A stretch of 64,000 bases of DNA from an uncultured bacterium (GTDB taxonomy: Bacteria > Acidobacteriota > Vicinamibacteria > Vicinamibacterales > UBA8438), in assembly GCA_963934795.1 (NCBI GenBank), contig CAWWAF010000002.1, positions 21,330-85,329 of the forward strand. The letters run 5' to 3'. This document shows positions 62,105 to 64,000 of the stretch, in pieces (position 1 is the first letter of the stretch; every line of letters begins with the position of its first letter). A program made the position numbers and the translations under genes. A model generated the notes under the pieces. The model saw only the letters and a program-made list of their open reading frames with translations, had not been told where the DNA came from and searched no databases.

Positions 62105-62133
62105 CCGGCGCGGCCTACGTTCGCCGGCTTTTT
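62105..62133 (+). terminator. weak terminator-like hairpin CCGGCG-(11 nt)-CGCCGG followed by CTTTTT
   Basis: Read directly from the sequence. Confidence 0.35.
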
Positions 62134-62137
62134 CATA

Positions 62138-62162
62138 CCCGCCAGACGGCGGGTTTTTTTTT
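62138..62162 (+). terminator. rho-independent terminator CCCGCC-AGAC-GGCGGG followed by T9
   Basis: Read directly. Lies about 140 nt after the tRNA and 47 nt before the next ATG. Confidence 0.75.
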
Positions 62163-62208
62163 GCTCGGTGCCGACCTCCGGCCTGAATCTGTGGAGACCT
62201 GACTCACG

Positions 62209-62952
62209 ATGTTGCCAGACCTCAAACGCCTGATCCAATTGCAGCAACTCGACAACACGGCGGCGGACGCGCAACGCGTCGTCGACGCGATTCCGTCGCG
62301 CATCGAAGCGCTCGACGCCGAACTGACGGCGCGCACCGCGGCGGTCGACGAGGCCACAGGCCGATTGGATGACAGGAAAAGCGAGCGTGCCGCGGTGGAG
62401 AAAACGCTCGCGGCAATACAGACCCGGCTATCCCGGTTCAGGGAACAGCTCATGGCCGTCAAGACCAACAAGGAATACACCGCGATGCAACATGAGATCG
62501 CGACGGCAGAAGCAGACGTTCAGCGCCACGAAGACACTATTCTCGAGCACATGTTGGAATTGGACGACCTCGCCGCCGCGGTCACAACGGCCAAACAGGC
62601 GCTCTCGGCGAGCCGGAAAGAAATCGAGAAGAGCACGGCCGTCCTCATGGCGGAGCGCGACGACCTGGAACACACACTTGGCCGTACCGCGACCGAACAT
62701 GACACCCTGCTCGAGACGATTGGTGCTGAGGCCCAAGCGCTCTTCAACCGCATCGCCAAGCAGCGGAATGGCATTGCGGTCGTGGAGGCGCGCGACGGAC
62801 TCTGTTCGCTCTGCAACGTCCGATTGCGGCCTCAGGTGTTCAACCACATTCTGCAGAACACCGAGCTAGTCCAATGTGACAGCTGCAATCGAATTCTGTA
62901 CCACGACCCCAACTCGAAGCCGCCCGCCGTCCCGCCCGTCGACGCCCCGTAG
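62209..62952 (+). CDS. coiled-coil / C4 zinc-ribbon protein (COG1579, DUF164-like)
   Basis: Long coiled coil with the conserved KTNKEYTAMQHEI motif, and a C-terminal CSLCNVRL...CDSCNRILY zinc ribbon. Confidence 0.8.
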   Translation: MLPDLKRLIQLQQLDNTAADAQRVVDAIPSRIEALDAELTARTAAVDEATGRLDDRKSERAAVEKTLAAIQTRLSRFREQLMAVKTNKEYTAMQHEIATAEADVQRHEDTILEHMLELDDLAAAVTTAKQALSASRKEIEKSTAVLMAERDDLEHTLGRTATEHDTLLETIGAEAQALFNRIAKQRNGIAVVEARDGLCSLCNVRLRPQVFNHILQNTELVQCDSCNRILYHDPNSKPPAVPPVDAP

Positions 62953-62986
62953 GACACCTACCGCGAAGACGTCGCGTCGGACGTTC

Positions 62987-64000
62987 CTACTCCGCGCGTT
63001 GGCGGAGAAATGCCGGAACGTCGAATTCACTCTCGCCGCCATCCAGGTCGAGCCGCATGTCGCCGGCCTGATCCGCCTCGACCGGCTCAGGCAGCGGCAG
63101 TTCGATGAGTGGACGACGGGAGACGCCAAAGCTGGTCCCTCCGCTCACGGCCTGTGCTTGTGGCTCCTCCTGCCAGGACGAATACCGCTGCAGATCGACG
63201 GGAGTCTTCGCCGTGGCTCGCTCGATAGACGGCTTGGCGCCCTCGCGTTCGAACCCAGTGGCGATCACCGTAATCTTGACCCGGCCGTCCATCGATGGGT
63301 CCACGACGGCGCCGAAGATGATGTTGGCATCCTCATGCGCGGCCGCGTGAATAATGGACGTCGCCTCGCTGACCTCGATCAACGAGAGGTCGCTGCCCCC
63401 CGTGACATTGATGATGACGCAGCGGGCGCCGTCGACGGAGGCATCCTCGAGCAATGGACTCGAAATGGCCTGCGTCGCGGCGTCGACGACCTTGGTGTCG
63501 CCAGCACCGACCCCGGTGCCCATAATCGCCAGCCCCTTGCCGGACATGATCGTGGTCACGTCCGCAAAGTCGAGATTGATTAGCCCGGGCACGAGAATCA
63601 GCTCCGAGATGCCCTGAATCGCCTGCCGAAGGACATCATCGGCCAACTCGAACGCGTCCGACAAGGTCGTTGACCGATCGGTCATGGACAACAGTCGTTC
63701 GTTCGGAATCGTAATGACGGTGTCGACCGCTTCGCGCAACTCCTCCAGACCGCTCTCCGCCTGCTTGGCGCGGCGGTGTCCCTCGAAGGCGAACGGCTTC
63801 GTCACCACCGCCACCGTGAGCGCACCCAGCTCGCTGGCCAGGTTCGCGATGACCGGGGCCGCGCCGGTCCCCGTGCCCCCGCCCAGGCCGGTGGTCACGA
63901 ACACCATGTCGGCGCCGTCAAGTGCCGAGATGATCTGCTCGGTGTCTTCGAGCGCCGCCTGCCGGCCGACATTCGGGTCGGCGCCAGCGCCCAGGCCCTT
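62987..64000 (-). CDS. ftsZ: cell division protein FtsZ (N-terminus lies beyond the window end)
   Basis: ORF 62987..63907 begins at an internal Met. The same frame stays open to 64000 and reads [52 protein letters not shown], which includes the tubulin signature GGGTGTG. Confidence 0.95.
   Translation of the reverse strand, partial: KGLGAGADPNVGRQAALEDTEQIISALDGADMVFVTTGLGGGTGTGAAPVIANLASELGALTVAVVTKPFAFEGHRRAKQAESGLEELREAVDTVITIPNERLLSMTDRSTTLSDAFELADDVLRQAIQGISELILVPGLINLDFADVTTIMSGKGLAIMGTGVGAGDTKVVDAATQAISSPLLEDASVDGARCVIINVTGGSDLSLIEVSEATSIIHAAAHEDANIIFGAVVDPSMDGRVKITVIATGFEREGAKPSIERATAKTPVDLQRYSSWQEEPQAQAVSGGTSFGVSRRPLIELPLPEPVEADQAGDMRLDLDGGESEFDVPAFLRQRAE

Noticed and set aside
61920-62162. 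tRNA gene as a possible genomic-island integration site
   Set aside because: No integrase or mobile genes are adjacent. I could not find a direct repeat of the tRNA 3' end elsewhere in the window, and the flanking genes (rpoD, COG1579, ftsZ) are core.

Overview
High-GC (judged by eye, not computed), gene-dense bacterial chromosomal segment. It is dominated by conserved housekeeping genes of a diderm organism, possibly an Acidobacteriota- or Gemmatimonadota-like lineage, though that cannot be settled without a database search.

Gene content in order:
- an ECF sigma module, selO, acyl-CoA dehydrogenase, a CPA2 antiporter
- an ABC pair, then tonB-exbB-exbD-exbD, H+-pyrophosphatase, uppP, secD-secF-yajC-tgt, ddl
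- a Lys/Ala-rich H1-like protein, a HEAT-cyclophilin fusion, dNK-accD-folC-lptD, rfbB plus a second sugar epimerase/reductase
- thiC, glyA, a DinG/XPD-like helicase, yggS-divIVA, lepA-lepB, citrate synthase, larB
- mutS2-dnaG-rpoD followed by tRNA-Met(CAT), a COG1579 zinc-ribbon protein, and most of ftsZ (it runs off the window end)

All product calls come from motif recognition in the supplied translations and my own reading of the DNA; no search tools were available. Several ORF-track starts were moved to internal start codons, each checked against the sequence.

I saw no CRISPR array, transposase, integrase, phage genes or recognisable defence genes. I cannot support a claim of a clear new multi-gene system here.

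The items most worth a second look:
1. An ECF sigma factor split by an in-frame TAG exactly between its sigma2 and sigma4 regions, heading a sigma / membrane protein / beta-helix polytopic membrane protein module.
2. An HtrA-like double-PDZ protein whose catalytic triad looks lost, next to a 72-aa ABC ATPase stub.
3. An outer-membrane barrel gene paired with a secreted protein that has an aromatic/Gly-rich segment and an RGG/Ser-rich tail.
4. A small membrane-protein gene that needs a -1 frame change.
5. A thiC leader with a large hairpin but no visible canonical TPP boxes.
6. A strongly expressed-looking H1-like gene in an AT-rich pocket.

Three disrupted genes among otherwise core genes (the TAG, the ABC stub and the frameshift) could equally be assembly errors.
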